A stretch of 64,000 nt of DNA, taken from NCBI GenBank assembly GCA_002304995.1, contig DBPV01000022.1:1248-65247 (forward strand), written 5' to 3'. The first letter of the stretch is position 1; the number at the start of each line of letters is the position of its first letter. Below, one piece after another: positions 36,880 to 46,616 of the stretch. This stretch comes from Syntrophaceae bacterium UBA1411. GTDB taxonomy: Bacteria > Desulfobacterota > Syntrophia > Syntrophales > Smithellaceae. A program made the position numbers and the translations under genes. The notes below the pieces were generated by a model. It was not told where the DNA came from and searched no databases. It saw only the letters and a program-made list of their open reading frames with translations.

Positions 36880-38172
36880 TCAGGCCAGATGTTTGACAAT
36901 CATGGCGGCGTACCTCCCGGCCGCGCCCATGTTGGCCCGGACCGCCGCCCGGCCGTTCTCGCCGCGGACGCGCAGTTCCTCGGGAGCGGCAAGCAGCCTC
37001 TGCATGCCCTCCAAAAGCTCCCGCTCGCCGGAAATGCGCACGCCCGCGCCCGCCGCTTCCAGAAGCGCCGCCTCCTGGCTGAAATCCTCCATGGAGGGGC
37101 CGTAAAAGATCACCTTCCCCCAGGCCGCCGCTTCCAGAATGTTTTGTCCGCCCCGCGGCACGAGCGAGCCGCCGCAATAAACGATTTGCGCCAGCGAATA
37201 GACTTTGAAGAGCTCGCCGATGACGTCGACCAGAATTCCGCGCTCGGCGGCCCGCCTGCGGCCCGCTCTGATCTCCGATACGCGGATGATGTCCGGAAAT
37301 CCCGCCCGAGCAAGCGCTGCCTGGACTTCCCCGGCGCGTTCCACATGGCGCGGCGCCAAAATGAGTTTGAAGGCCGGATCGGCGTCGGCCAGCGCCCGGT
37401 ACACCCGGATCACGATATCCTCTTCGCCCGGGTGCGTGCTGCCCGCGACGAAAAATTTTTCCTCCGGCCGCACGCCGAAGCGCCGGACGGTGTCCTCGTG
37501 CAGTTGGGACGAGACCAGAGATGCGAGCGCATCGTATTTGGCGTTGCCCATCACTTGGATTTTGTCTTTTGCCAGGCCGATTGCGCAGATCCGCTCGGCG
37601 TCAACCTGCGAAATCATGCCGGCCTCGTTTACGTCGGCCAGCGCCCGCTTCCAGAAAAAGCGCGTCCGGCGGTACCGGTCAAAGGAGCGGGGGGAAATCC
37701 GGCCGTTCGCCAGCACCACGCGCACGCCGCGCGCGCGGCAGGAAGCCAGGAAATTGGGCCACAGCTCCGTCTCCACGAGGACGAAGACATCCGGCCGGAC
37801 GAGAGACAGCATCCGGTGGACGGCAAAGGAAATATCAAGGGGAAAATAAATAAAGGCGTCCGCGCCGGAAACGAGCTTTTGCGCCATGCCCTGGCCGGTT
37901 TCGGTGGAAGTGGAAAAGATGATTTTTACCTCCGGCCGCTGCTTTTTCAGCGCGGCGACAACCGGCTGGGCAGCCGTCACCTCGCCCACGGAAACCGCGT
38001 GAATCCAGATCCGCGGCCCCGGCCCGATGCCCGCCAGCAGAGGCTTCTGGCGTGCGCCGAGTTTCTGAAGAAAACTGTGGCGGTATTTGCCCGTGAGAAG
38101 CATTTTGATGAGAAAAAACAATAGTCCCGGAACCGCAACGATCCAAAGCAGAATGTTATAAAGAATTCTCAT
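36880..38172 (-). CDS. waaA: 3-deoxy-D-manno-octulosonic acid (Kdo) transferase
   Basis: The 430-aa product has an N-terminal membrane helix, the IWIHAVSVGEV motif and a GT30-like C-terminus. Confidence 0.88.
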   Translation of the reverse strand: MRILYNILLWIVAVPGLLFFLIKMLLTGKYRHSFLQKLGARQKPLLAGIGPGPRIWIHAVSVGEVTAAQPVVAALKKQRPEVKIIFSTSTETGQGMAQKLVSGADAFIYFPLDISFAVHRMLSLVRPDVFVLVETELWPNFLASCRARGVRVVLANGRISPRSFDRYRRTRFFWKRALADVNEAGMISQVDAERICAIGLAKDKIQVMGNAKYDALASLVSSQLHEDTVRRFGVRPEEKFFVAGSTHPGEEDIVIRVYRALADADPAFKLILAPRHVERAGEVQAALARAGFPDIIRVSEIRAGRRRAAERGILVDVIGELFKVYSLAQIVYCGGSLVPRGGQNILEAAAWGKVIFYGPSMEDFSQEAALLEAAGAGVRISGERELLEGMQRLLAAPEELRVRGENGRAAVRANMGAAGRYAAMIVKHLA

Positions 38173-38299
38173 GCGCGCATCATTTATTTTTTCGCCTTCG
38201 GTGTCAAGTAAAAGACTGACTGACTGCAGCCTCTGCGCCTATCCGGGTTGACAGGCGCCCGGCTTTGGTATATTTGAAGACTCGACAAAAGGAGACGCC

Positions 38300-38959
38300 A
38301 TGAAACTGCTCGCCCCTTCGATTCTTTCCGCCGACGGCGCCAGGCTGGGCGCGGAAATCGCCGCGGTGGAAAAAGCCGGCGCGGACTGGATTCACGTGGA
38401 CGTCATGGACGGGCGCTTTGTTCCCAACATCACTTTGGGACCGGCCATGATCGCCGCGCTGCGCAAAACCACCGGACTGCCCTTCGATGTCCACCTGATG
38501 GTTGAAGACCCGGACCGCTACATTGAATCCTTCGCCGCCGCGGGCGCCGATTACATCACGGTCCATGTGGAGGCGGCCGGACATCTGCACCGCACGCTGG
38601 AGTTGATCCGGAAAAGCGGCAAAAAGGCCGGCGTTTCGCTGAATCCGGCGACGCCGCTGGTTTCCGTCGAGGAGATCATCGCCGACATTGACCTGCTTTT
38701 GATCATGTCGGTCAATCCCGGCTTCGGCGGACAGCAGTTCATTGCGGGATCTCTGTCCAAGATCCGGCGGGCCGCCGGGATGATCGCCGGCCTGGCGCAA
38801 AAGCCCCTCCTGGAAGTGGACGGCGGCGTCCAGCTGCAAAACATCGCTTCCGTCGCTGAGGCGGGCGCGGATGTGCTGGTGGCGGGCGCGGCGGTCTTCG
38901 GCGCAAGCGACTACGCCGCGACCATCAAAGCCCTGAAAGCCGCGGCCAACGGGACCTGA
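38300..38959 (+). CDS. rpe: ribulose-phosphate 3-epimerase
   Basis: The 219-aa product has HVDVMDGRFVPN and MSVNPGFGGQ motifs. Confidence 0.93.
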   Translation: MKLLAPSILSADGARLGAEIAAVEKAGADWIHVDVMDGRFVPNITLGPAMIAALRKTTGLPFDVHLMVEDPDRYIESFAAAGADYITVHVEAAGHLHRTLELIRKSGKKAGVSLNPATPLVSVEEIIADIDLLLIMSVNPGFGGQQFIAGSLSKIRRAAGMIAGLAQKPLLEVDGGVQLQNIASVAEAGADVLVAGAAVFGASDYAATIKALKAAANGT

Positions 38960-39004
38960 CGGCCTCGCGCGCCGGAAAAAATCCGGCCGGATATTTCCCC
39001 TCAA

Positions 39005-39051
39005 CAAAAAACGGCGGCTCGCGTCTTCCAACGGGGCCGCCGCACATTTTT
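39005..39051. terminator. bidirectional terminator-like hairpin between rpe and hbd
   Basis: An A-run precedes CGGCGGC (39012-39018), which pairs with GCCGCCG (39036-39042). A T-run at 39047-39051 follows. Confidence 0.45.
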
Positions 39052-39061
39052 AAAAGCGCGC

Positions 39062-39919
39062 TTATTTCTTGCCGTAGTCGTAAACGCCGCGCCCGGACTT
39101 GCGCCCCAGGTTTCCGGCGCGCACCAGCTTGCGCAAAAGCGGCGACGGACGATACTTGTCGCCCAGTTCCCGGTGCATCCCTTCACAGATCCGCAGCTGC
39201 GTGTCGAGGCCGATCAGGTCGCCCAGCGCCAGCGGGCCGATCGGATGATTGCAGCCCAGCTGCATGGCCTTATCGATGTCTTCGGCGGTCGCCAGTCCTT
39301 CATCCAGAACGAAGAAGGCCTCGTTGATCATCGAGCACAAAATGCGGTTCACGACAAAGGCGGGCGCCTCCTTCACCATGACGACCTCCTTGCCGATTTT
39401 CTTGCCCCAGGCCCGGGCCACTTCCACCGTTTCATCGGAGGTCTGCTGGCCGCGGATGACCTCCAGCAGGCGCATGACCGGAACGGGATTGAAAAAATGC
39501 GTGCCGATGAAGCGCTCCGGCCGTTTGGTGATGGCGGCCATTTCGGTGATGCTCAAGCCCGAGGTGTTGGTGAAAAACAGGCAGTGCTGCGGCACGACGG
39601 CTTCCAGGTCCGCGTACACTTTTTTCTTCAAATCCATGAGTTCAATAACCACTTCCACCACCACGTCCGCGTCGCCGGCCGCTTCCTTCAAATCCAGCGT
39701 CGGGCGAATCCGCCCCAGGACGGCATCCATCTGTTCCTTGGAAATTTTGCCTTTTTCCACGTCGCGGCTCAGGTTCTTTTTGATCGTGTTCATCCCGTTG
39801 TCGATGAACCGCTGCTCGATATCCCGCAGCGTCACGTCGAAGCCGGCCGCCGCGCACACCTGCGCGATCCCGTTGCCCATGAGTCCCGCGCCCAACACAC
39901 ATATTCTTTTGATATCCAT
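39062..39919 (-). CDS. hbd: 3-hydroxybutyryl-CoA / 3-hydroxyacyl-CoA dehydrogenase
   Basis: The 285-aa product has the N-terminal Rossmann motif VLGAGLMGNGIAQV and the C-terminal 3HCDH domain (GPLALGDLIGLD). Confidence 0.9.
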   Translation of the reverse strand: MDIKRICVLGAGLMGNGIAQVCAAAGFDVTLRDIEQRFIDNGMNTIKKNLSRDVEKGKISKEQMDAVLGRIRPTLDLKEAAGDADVVVEVVIELMDLKKKVYADLEAVVPQHCLFFTNTSGLSITEMAAITKRPERFIGTHFFNPVPVMRLLEVIRGQQTSDETVEVARAWGKKIGKEVVMVKEAPAFVVNRILCSMINEAFFVLDEGLATAEDIDKAMQLGCNHPIGPLALGDLIGLDTQLRICEGMHRELGDKYRPSPLLRKLVRAGNLGRKSGRGVYDYGKK

Positions 39920-40051
39920 ATAGACCTCCGCACGATTTATTGTCAGCGGGATTCCCCGCTGGAAGTTCCGGAAACACCGCGACGGTAACAGACCGGCCGG
40001 TCATCCGTCAAGAAAAATACCGTTTTTTTCATTGAAATCCGGGGCGTCAGT

Positions 40052-40591
40052 GTGCAAAAATCGATCATGCACATTTATATCGACGGCTACAATCTGATCC
40101 GGCAGTCCATCCGCCTGCGGCGCTTCGAGCGTCAGAGCCTCGAAGCCGGGCGCAACGCGCTTCTCGAATGGCTGGCCCGCTATAAACGCACCAAAGATCA
40201 CCGGATTACCGTGGTTTTCGACGGATGGCTCGGCGGCTCCGCAAAGGAAGAACGGGATTACGCAAACGGTATTTTTATAATTTACTCGCCCAAAGGCGTC
40301 AAGGCCGACGAGGTGCTCAAAAGGATCATCGCGTCTTCGGACGAGGACATTCTGGTGATTTCTTCCGACCGCGAAATCGCCTCCTATGCCGTCCGCCGGG
40401 GCAAGGCGGCCCTGTCTTCGCCGGAGTTTGAATCCATCGTGGAAAGACAGTTTGCCGCCCCAGGCAGCGACTTTTCAGAGGGAAAAGACGAAGAGGAAGA
40501 CGACAAAAGCCGCCCGGTATCAAAAAAGGGCCCGTCCCGCCGGCTGTCCCGGGCAGAAAAGCAGGCCCGGGCCAAAGTTCGGAAGCTTTAA
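40052..40591 (+). CDS. NYN-domain YacP-like (predicted RNA-binding/ribonuclease) protein
   Basis: The track ORF is 179 aa with a GTG start; an in-frame ATG at 40067 gives MHIYIDGYNLIRQS, the typical YacP N-terminus. The tail is acidic, then basic. Confidence 0.75.
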   Translation: MQKSIMHIYIDGYNLIRQSIRLRRFERQSLEAGRNALLEWLARYKRTKDHRITVVFDGWLGGSAKEERDYANGIFIIYSPKGVKADEVLKRIIASSDEDILVISSDREIASYAVRRGKAALSSPEFESIVERQFAAPGSDFSEGKDEEEDDKSRPVSKKGPSRRLSRAEKQARAKVRKL

Positions 40592-41937
40592 GTGCACGCC
40601 TGAATTAAAAACCGCTCCAGGAGGATCTGCGGATCGGTGGCTGAGGATTTCATGGCCCGGTCCATTTCCACCAGATCATCGAGATATCCGAGCAACACCG
40701 GATAGGAAAACCGGCGACAGTTGCGCAGGGCGTTGTACACTACAAACGGATGCTTGGAAATCAGCGTATCCTCCTTGCGCGCGGCCCCCGACGCCAGACG
40801 GGCCACGGCCGGATAAACCGTTTTCTGAAAGGCGCCGTAATCCATGTTCGGCGGCAGTCCGGGCAGACGCCCCGCTGCCACCAGCAGCGACGCCTGTAAG
40901 AGCAGACGGATTTCCCGGCCGATCATCGTGAGAATCATCAGATGATGCTCCCCCTGGTCCAGAAGGGCGCTAAGCGCCGCCAGGGCCGCCCGGGCGTTTT
41001 TCTCGGAAAGCGCCGCGGTTAAATCGAAAATCGAATCTTCGCGGGTTTTGCCGACAACGGCTTCAACGTCTTTATCCTCGATGACCGGCCGCTCTCCCGA
41101 AAACGCAATCAGTTTTTCCAGTTCGTTGAGGGACAGGCGCAGCTGGAAGCCGGTTTTCTTTCCCAGAGCCATCCAGGCCGCGGGCGACAGGGTCTTGCCG
41201 CAGCGGCCGAGCAGCTTCTGCGCTTCGCTTTTGAGCGTTTCCCGTGTGGCCGCTTCCCCTTTGAGGGCGCCGAAATGCAGGATCACGCCCAGTCTATCGA
41301 TGACCTTGAAGATCTTTTTTCTCTTGTCCGCCGTGTCAGCGGTAAGAATCAGGCAATTGCCCGCAGGCAGCCCATTGGCGAGGAGTTTTTCAAACTGATC
41401 GGCAAGATCGGCCGAGCCATTGGACGTCATGCCCCGGCCGGCGCAGATTTCAACGATCCGCGGCAGCCACTTGTGCCGGTCTTCCCCCGGATCGTCCTCG
41501 ACCGCCCGGCGCCACTGTTCATCGGTGATCTTCTGCCAGCCGGCGCCCTGCAGGTCCTCCCAGGCAAACCCCGACAGCTTCAAAAACGACTGGAAATACC
41601 GGGCGGCTTTGTCGGGATGCGCGTCGAGCGTGTCGCGGATTTTCCCGATCAGATCGCCGAGATTTTCCCGCGACTGGAAAATCGACGTATTTTTGACCAC
41701 CACCGCCTTGGGCCCGCCCAAAAGCGAAGGCGCCAGCAGATGGTCCTGCAAAAGATCAAACTCGGCGCTGTCGCCGTCGATGAAAAAAAGACCGAAATCG
41801 CGGTCGCCCGGAGCGATGAGCAGATCCAGAAGCTGCTCCAGGGCTTCGCTGATCAGATACTCTTCGTCCCCGTACAGGAGATAGCAGGGCGCGACTTTAC
41901 CCTTCTTCAAATCGCCGATCGCTTTTTCCAAAGTCAT
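40588..41937 (-). CDS. holA: DNA polymerase III subunit delta
   Basis: The 449-aa product starts with ..APCYLLYGDEEYLI, typical of HolA, and has a C-terminal helical domain. It is longer than the 343-aa E. coli protein. Confidence 0.8.
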   Translation of the reverse strand: MTLEKAIGDLKKGKVAPCYLLYGDEEYLISEALEQLLDLLIAPGDRDFGLFFIDGDSAEFDLLQDHLLAPSLLGGPKAVVVKNTSIFQSRENLGDLIGKIRDTLDAHPDKAARYFQSFLKLSGFAWEDLQGAGWQKITDEQWRRAVEDDPGEDRHKWLPRIVEICAGRGMTSNGSADLADQFEKLLANGLPAGNCLILTADTADKRKKIFKVIDRLGVILHFGALKGEAATRETLKSEAQKLLGRCGKTLSPAAWMALGKKTGFQLRLSLNELEKLIAFSGERPVIEDKDVEAVVGKTREDSIFDLTAALSEKNARAALAALSALLDQGEHHLMILTMIGREIRLLLQASLLVAAGRLPGLPPNMDYGAFQKTVYPAVARLASGAARKEDTLISKHPFVVYNALRNCRRFSYPVLLGYLDDLVEMDRAMKSSATDPQILLERFLIQACT

Positions 41938-41966
41938 GCGTGACGTCCGCGGGAAATGATTGCAAT

Positions 41967-42641
41967 TTAAATGATGACGTACTTCTTGATGTGTTTGACG
42001 ACTTCTTCCGGCTCATCGATGATCTGGATCATTTCAACGTCAAAAGGCAGGATCATGTCTTTTTGCAGCATGCTGTCTCGCAGCCAGTCGAGAAGCCCCT
42101 GCCAGTAGTCGCGTCCCATCAGGATGACCGGAAAACTGCGAACGCGCTTGGTCTGGATCAGCGTGAGGGCCTCGAAAAACTCGTCCATGGTCCCGTATCC
42201 GCCCGGCATGATCACGTAGGCGACGGCATACTTGACGAACATGACCTTGCGGATGAAAAAGTACTTATAATCGAGCTGAAGGGTAGCGTAAGGATTGGGC
42301 TTCTGTTCAAAGGGAAGTTTGATGTTCATCCCCACGGACTGGCCGCCCGCTTCCGCCGCGCCCTTGTTGGCCGCTTCCATGATCCCGGGACCGCCGCCGG
42401 TGATGACGGAAAAACCGCTCTGGGCCAAAAGCCGGCCGAGTTCTTCCGCCGCCGAGTAATATTTGTCGCCGGGTTTGACGCGGGCCGAACCAAAAACCGT
42501 CACGGCGTTTTCGATGGAGGAAAGCACTTCAATGGATTCGACAAACTCCGCCATGATGCGGAAGATCCGCCAGGATTCCTCCTTCGACAGCGCGTCGATT
42601 AAGTATTGCTTTTCCATACGGTCCGCATCCTCCCACAGCAC
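41967..42641 (-). CDS. LOG family (TIGR00730) nucleotide 5'-monophosphate nucleosidase-like protein
   Basis: The 224-aa product has the motifs VITGGGPGIMEAAN and PGGYGTMDEFFE. Confidence 0.85.
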   Translation of the reverse strand: MLWEDADRMEKQYLIDALSKEESWRIFRIMAEFVESIEVLSSIENAVTVFGSARVKPGDKYYSAAEELGRLLAQSGFSVITGGGPGIMEAANKGAAEAGGQSVGMNIKLPFEQKPNPYATLQLDYKYFFIRKVMFVKYAVAYVIMPGGYGTMDEFFEALTLIQTKRVRSFPVILMGRDYWQGLLDWLRDSMLQKDMILPFDVEMIQIIDEPEEVVKHIKKYVII

Positions 42642-42691
42642 CGCCGATCGGCGCGGCCGGTCCGCCGCTGGCGGCCGAAATGAGTGATCAC

Positions 42692-42883
42692 TTAATTGCT
42701 GCGCCGGCGCTGAACCTTGGCCAGTCTGCGGCGCGCTTCAATGGTTTTTCTCTTCTTTTTCACGGAAGGCTTTTCATAAGCCCGGCGGACTTTCAGTTCC
42801 TTGAATAATCCGCTCTTCGACAGTTTGTTTTTCAAAATTTTAAGCGCTTTTTCGACATCGTTGTCAATCACTTTAACTTCCAA
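42692..42883 (-). CDS. rpsU: 30S ribosomal protein S21
   Basis: I place the start at the TTG at 42883, 6 nt after GGAGGA, inside track ORF 42692..42985. The 63-aa basic product is (M)EVKVIDNDVEKALKILKNKL..KRKTIEARRRLAKVQRRR. Confidence 0.85.
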   Translation of the reverse strand: MEVKVIDNDVEKALKILKNKLSKSGLFKELKVRRAYEKPSVKKKRKTIEARRRLAKVQRRRSN

Positions 42884-43184
42884 TGGCTTCCTCCTCTTTT
42901 GTTGTGATCCGGGTTTTTGGTTTTTGACTTTTAAATACAAAAAAAGGGCAGCACGCCGCAGGAGAGACTTGTCCTGCGCCGTCAACTACCCTGGAATTTC
43001 CAATAAATTTTAAATCACGCTCCTTGTCCGGAAATCCTGCCACCAACGGTGGATTTCCGGCGGTTTCCCGCAGAAAACTTTTCCCGGCGGCGAATCGTCT
43101 GGTCTGTGTTGCCCTCTCCGTCGCGCGGTAAGGTTTGCCTATATGCGATCCGGGCCAAAAATGCAACTAAAATAAACCGATTCG

Positions 43185-44021
43185 TCAAAACGGCCCGGCG
43201 GGGGCAAAAGCATCCTTTTTCCGCCGGCGGGTCCAGGCCTCGCTGGCGTACTTTTTTACGAGCCGCGCGGCCAGCGACTCTTCCGCCGGCGTCAGCGGCT
43301 CCGGAACGAGGCGAATACCCAGTTCTTCGACAAATCCCCTTTGCAGGGCCTGGCAGAGCGCCTCGACGCTGACGGGAGCGGCAAGAACCTGATTGACCGC
43401 CGCCACGCGGGACTGAAGCGTCCTGGCGGCATCCGGATCTCGCGGCCCCATCAGAGCGGCGTTTTTTTCCGGATCAAAACGCATCAGCAGCGAGCCGTGC
43501 TGCAAAAATCCGCCGTGGGTCCGCGTCTGCGCGCTGCCGCAGATTTTTTTCCCCTCCACGAGCAGTTCGCTGCCGAAAGGAACGGAAAAGCAGCAGGACG
43601 GCCGCTGGGCTCTGGAAACCGCCCCGGGGGGGGCTGCCGCCAGACGCGCGTCAATTCCCAGGGAATACAGACCGCGCGCCAGGCACCGGCTGACGATTTC
43701 ATAGGTGCGGTAAATGTCGTCGGGAAAAAGGCTTGCGCATCGCCCGGCCGCAAGCGCGTAGGTGACTTCATCGCAGTGATAAACGGCTTTTCCGCCGGTG
43801 ATCCGGCGCACGATGTCAACGCCGGCGGCGCGGCATAAATCGATGTGAATTTCCTTATCCAGATCCTGGAAATATCCGATGGAAACGGCCGGGTTCCGCC
43901 AGCCGTAAAAACGCAGGGTGGGGGGACGGTTGTTCCAGACGGTCTCCCGGAACACGGCCTCGTCAAGCGCCATGTTTTCAAAAGCGTCGCCGGACCGGTA
44001 ATGGAGCAGCCGCCAGATCAT
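43185..44021 (-). CDS. lipoate-protein ligase A / octanoyltransferase (LplA/LipM) family protein
   Basis: The 278-aa product has the BPL/LPL catalytic-domain N-terminus (NMALDEAVF..PTLRFYGW) and an ITGGKAVYH segment. Confidence 0.8.
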   Translation of the reverse strand: MIWRLLHYRSGDAFENMALDEAVFRETVWNNRPPTLRFYGWRNPAVSIGYFQDLDKEIHIDLCRAAGVDIVRRITGGKAVYHCDEVTYALAAGRCASLFPDDIYRTYEIVSRCLARGLYSLGIDARLAAAPPGAVSRAQRPSCCFSVPFGSELLVEGKKICGSAQTRTHGGFLQHGSLLMRFDPEKNAALMGPRDPDAARTLQSRVAAVNQVLAAPVSVEALCQALQRGFVEELGIRLVPEPLTPAEESLAARLVKKYASEAWTRRRKKDAFAPAGPF

Positions 44022-44030
44022 GGAAGGGCG

Positions 44031-44426
44031 TCAATCCGCTTCCTGCTGCATGATATAATCATGATACCCCGCCGCATCCAGAAGATCATCGAGTTGTTCC
44101 ATATCGTCCATCTCAATCACGACCAGCCAGCCGGTATCGTGAGGATCGCTGTTGATGATGCCGATGTCGTCGTTGATGTCCTCGTTGACGCTGACGATTG
44201 TTCCGCTCACCGAGGCAATCAAATCCACGACCGCCTTGGTGGATTCAATGGAGCCGAAAGCCTCATCCCGCTCCACATACATATCAATTTCAGGGAATTC
44301 GATGGACAGGATCTCTCCCAGGCTTTCCTGGGCGTAATCCGTAATCCCCAGTGTGGCCATATCTCCGTCAACCCGCACCCAGATGTGTTCGCGACTGTAA
44401 AGTAGGTCTTCTGGAAACACCTTCAT
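44031..44426 (-). CDS. gcvH: glycine cleavage system H-type lipoyl carrier protein
   Basis: The 131-aa product has the lipoyl-lysine motif IESTKAV and a YSREHIWV N-terminus. Confidence 0.9.
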   Translation of the reverse strand: MKVFPEDLLYSREHIWVRVDGDMATLGITDYAQESLGEILSIEFPEIDMYVERDEAFGSIESTKAVVDLIASVSGTIVSVNEDINDDIGIINSDPHDTGWLVVIEMDDMEQLDDLLDAAGYHDYIMQQEAD

Positions 44427-44445
44427 AACAGCATAACCTCAAAAT

Positions 44446-45534
44446 TCATTCTATGACGATGAGTTTCTTGTTCATTCCGGTCAGGAGCTCGCAGCCGTTC
44501 TCTTTTACAAAAACCGTGTCTTCAATCCGGATGCCCCAGCGGCCTGGGTAATAGACGCCGGGTTCGACCGTGACGACCATGCCGGCCGTCAGAACATCCC
44601 GGGAATTCGGCGCCAGACGCGGCGCCTCATGAACCTCCAGACCGACACCGTGACCTGTGCCGTGAACAAAATAGCGTCCGTACTTGTCACCCAGCGTGCT
44701 GCGAACCAGCGCGTCCACGTCAGCAGCGGTTCTCCCCGCCCGAACAAACGCAATCGCATCATCATGCGCGCGCAGCACCGCACGATAAGCATTTTTTTGG
44801 ACGGCTGTCAATTCCCCAATTGCAAACGTGCAGGTTTCATCGGAGCAGTATCCCCGGTACTTGACGCCGAAGTCAATGACCACAAAATCGCCGTGGCGCA
44901 GCCGGCGTTTGGTCGGTTTCGCGTGCGGCAGCGCCCCGTGCGGACCGGAAGCAACAATCGTTTCAAACGACACCTGCTCGGCGCCTGCCCGGCGCGCAAT
45001 CCATTCCAGCTGCAGCGCCGTTTCCTGCTCCGTCCAGCCGGGCCGCATTTCCCGGGCCAGCGCGGCGATGGCCGCGGAGGCGATGGCCGCCGCTTTCTTC
45101 ATCACCGCCTTTTCCCGCCGGTCCTTGACGGCCCGCAGCCCCGCCAGCTCATCGCCCAGCGGAACCAGCGTGACGCCTTTCATCTTTTTTCTCAGGTCGT
45201 TGTACGTCTCCACACTCACCGACACCGCTTCAAAACCGACGCTTTTGAGCTTCAGCGCCTGGACCGCCTCGGCGATGCCCTGGTTCTGATTCTGGACCTG
45301 AATCACCGGAATTCCCGCAGCTTCGGCGGCGGCCTGTGTCGTGTAGCGGCCGTCCACCAGCAGCCGGTCACCGTCCGCCCCCAGCAGGAATATGCCGGCG
45401 CTGCCCGTAAATCCCGTCAGGTAGCGGACGTGGCTCATTGTAGAAAAGACAATCCCGTCAAGGCGGTTTCTGCACAGTTTTTCCCGGACGGCTTTTCTTC
45501 TGGCGTGTAGGAAATGGGAGAGGGACTGCGACAT
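44446..45534 (-). CDS. pepP: M24 family Xaa-Pro aminopeptidase
   Basis: The 362-aa product has metal-ligand motifs (DFGVKYRGYCSD, HGTGHGVGLEVHE, EPGVY..IRIED). Confidence 0.88.
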   Translation of the reverse strand: MSQSLSHFLHARRKAVREKLCRNRLDGIVFSTMSHVRYLTGFTGSAGIFLLGADGDRLLVDGRYTTQAAAEAAGIPVIQVQNQNQGIAEAVQALKLKSVGFEAVSVSVETYNDLRKKMKGVTLVPLGDELAGLRAVKDRREKAVMKKAAAIASAAIAALAREMRPGWTEQETALQLEWIARRAGAEQVSFETIVASGPHGALPHAKPTKRRLRHGDFVVIDFGVKYRGYCSDETCTFAIGELTAVQKNAYRAVLRAHDDAIAFVRAGRTAADVDALVRSTLGDKYGRYFVHGTGHGVGLEVHEAPRLAPNSRDVLTAGMVVTVEPGVYYPGRWGIRIEDTVFVKENGCELLTGMNKKLIVIE

Positions 45535-45748
45535 GAATCTCGATCCTGTAAAGCTTAGGCGATGGTCTGAAAGCGCGCCCTTCGGGCGCTCCGCCCCGCG
45601 GCGCGCTGCTTTTTATTCATGTGGTTTTGCAACCGGTTTACAAAATTGCGGATGTTCCATGGCTCAAACAAAGACGACGCCGGCGCTGCTTTCTCCCGAC
45701 GGAAATCGGGCGTTGTCTTTCCGGAAAAAAAAATCCGGCGGTTCCGGT

Positions 45749-46510
45749 TCACGGCAAGAGCTGTAAATACTCCCGGGACTTCTGCGCAAAAGGCGACTGC
45801 GGCGCCAGTTTGATCACCTGCGTAAAAGACTTTCGGGCATTGGCTGTGTCGCGAATTTTTAAATACGTTTCGCCCAGAAAAAAATGGGCATCATAGATCT
45901 CCGGGTCCAGCGTGACGGATTTTTCCAGATGTTGTCTGGCCTGGACCAGATTTGACTTTTTTATATAGATGAGCCCGATATTTTTTTCAATTTGCGCCTG
46001 CAACACGCCCATCCTGTCCTGCTGCAGGGCCTGCTGGTAGCGGGACAGCGCCACATCGTAATTTTGCAGATTGTAATACGCCCAACCGGAATTGTACAGG
46101 GCAAGCGCGGGCGTTGCGTAAAGATAATTTTTCAGCGCCCGGTCGAAAGACGCAACCGCCTTTTCCCACTGGCCCATGTCCATGTAAATCGCCCCGATAT
46201 AATTGTGCGCTTCCGAGTAATCGGATTTCAGGTCGACGGCCTTTTGGAAACGCTCCATGGCCAGATCCCGCAAACCCCGGCCGTGGTAGGCAACCCCTAA
46301 GTAATAGTTGATGGTCGGATCGTTGGGCGCATTTTTGTCTGCTTCCATCAGTTCCTTGAGCGCGCCGATATACTGTCCGGCTTCAATCAGAGACATACCC
46401 TTTTTCAGATAGAGATCCGCCTGCTCCCGATGCCAGGGCGTACTGGTGCAGGAAACCGCCAGCCATTGCAAGAGCAATACAAGGAGAAGCACGGGAATTT
46501 TCAGTTTCAT
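45749..46510 (-). CDS. TPR-repeat lipoprotein, type IV pilus biogenesis/stability protein PilW/Tgl-like
   Basis: I place the start at the ATG at 46510 (MKLKIPVLLLVLLLQWLAVSC, a signal/lipobox-like sequence), inside track ORF 45749..46573. The product has multiple TPR repeats and lies directly downstream of pilQ. Confidence 0.75.
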   Translation of the reverse strand: MKLKIPVLLLVLLLQWLAVSCTSTPWHREQADLYLKKGMSLIEAGQYIGALKELMEADKNAPNDPTINYYLGVAYHGRGLRDLAMERFQKAVDLKSDYSEAHNYIGAIYMDMGQWEKAVASFDRALKNYLYATPALALYNSGWAYYNLQNYDVALSRYQQALQQDRMGVLQAQIEKNIGLIYIKKSNLVQARQHLEKSVTLDPEIYDAHFFLGETYLKIRDTANARKSFTQVIKLAPQSPFAQKSREYLQLLP

Positions 46511-46616
46511 GATGCCATCATCCTGATCGTTTTTTCTTTTCCGCCTGTCTGGGCATAAAAACCCCCTTTGCATGACAGCATGCAGAGGGGTTTTTTAAAT
46601 GAAACCCGTGAAATGA

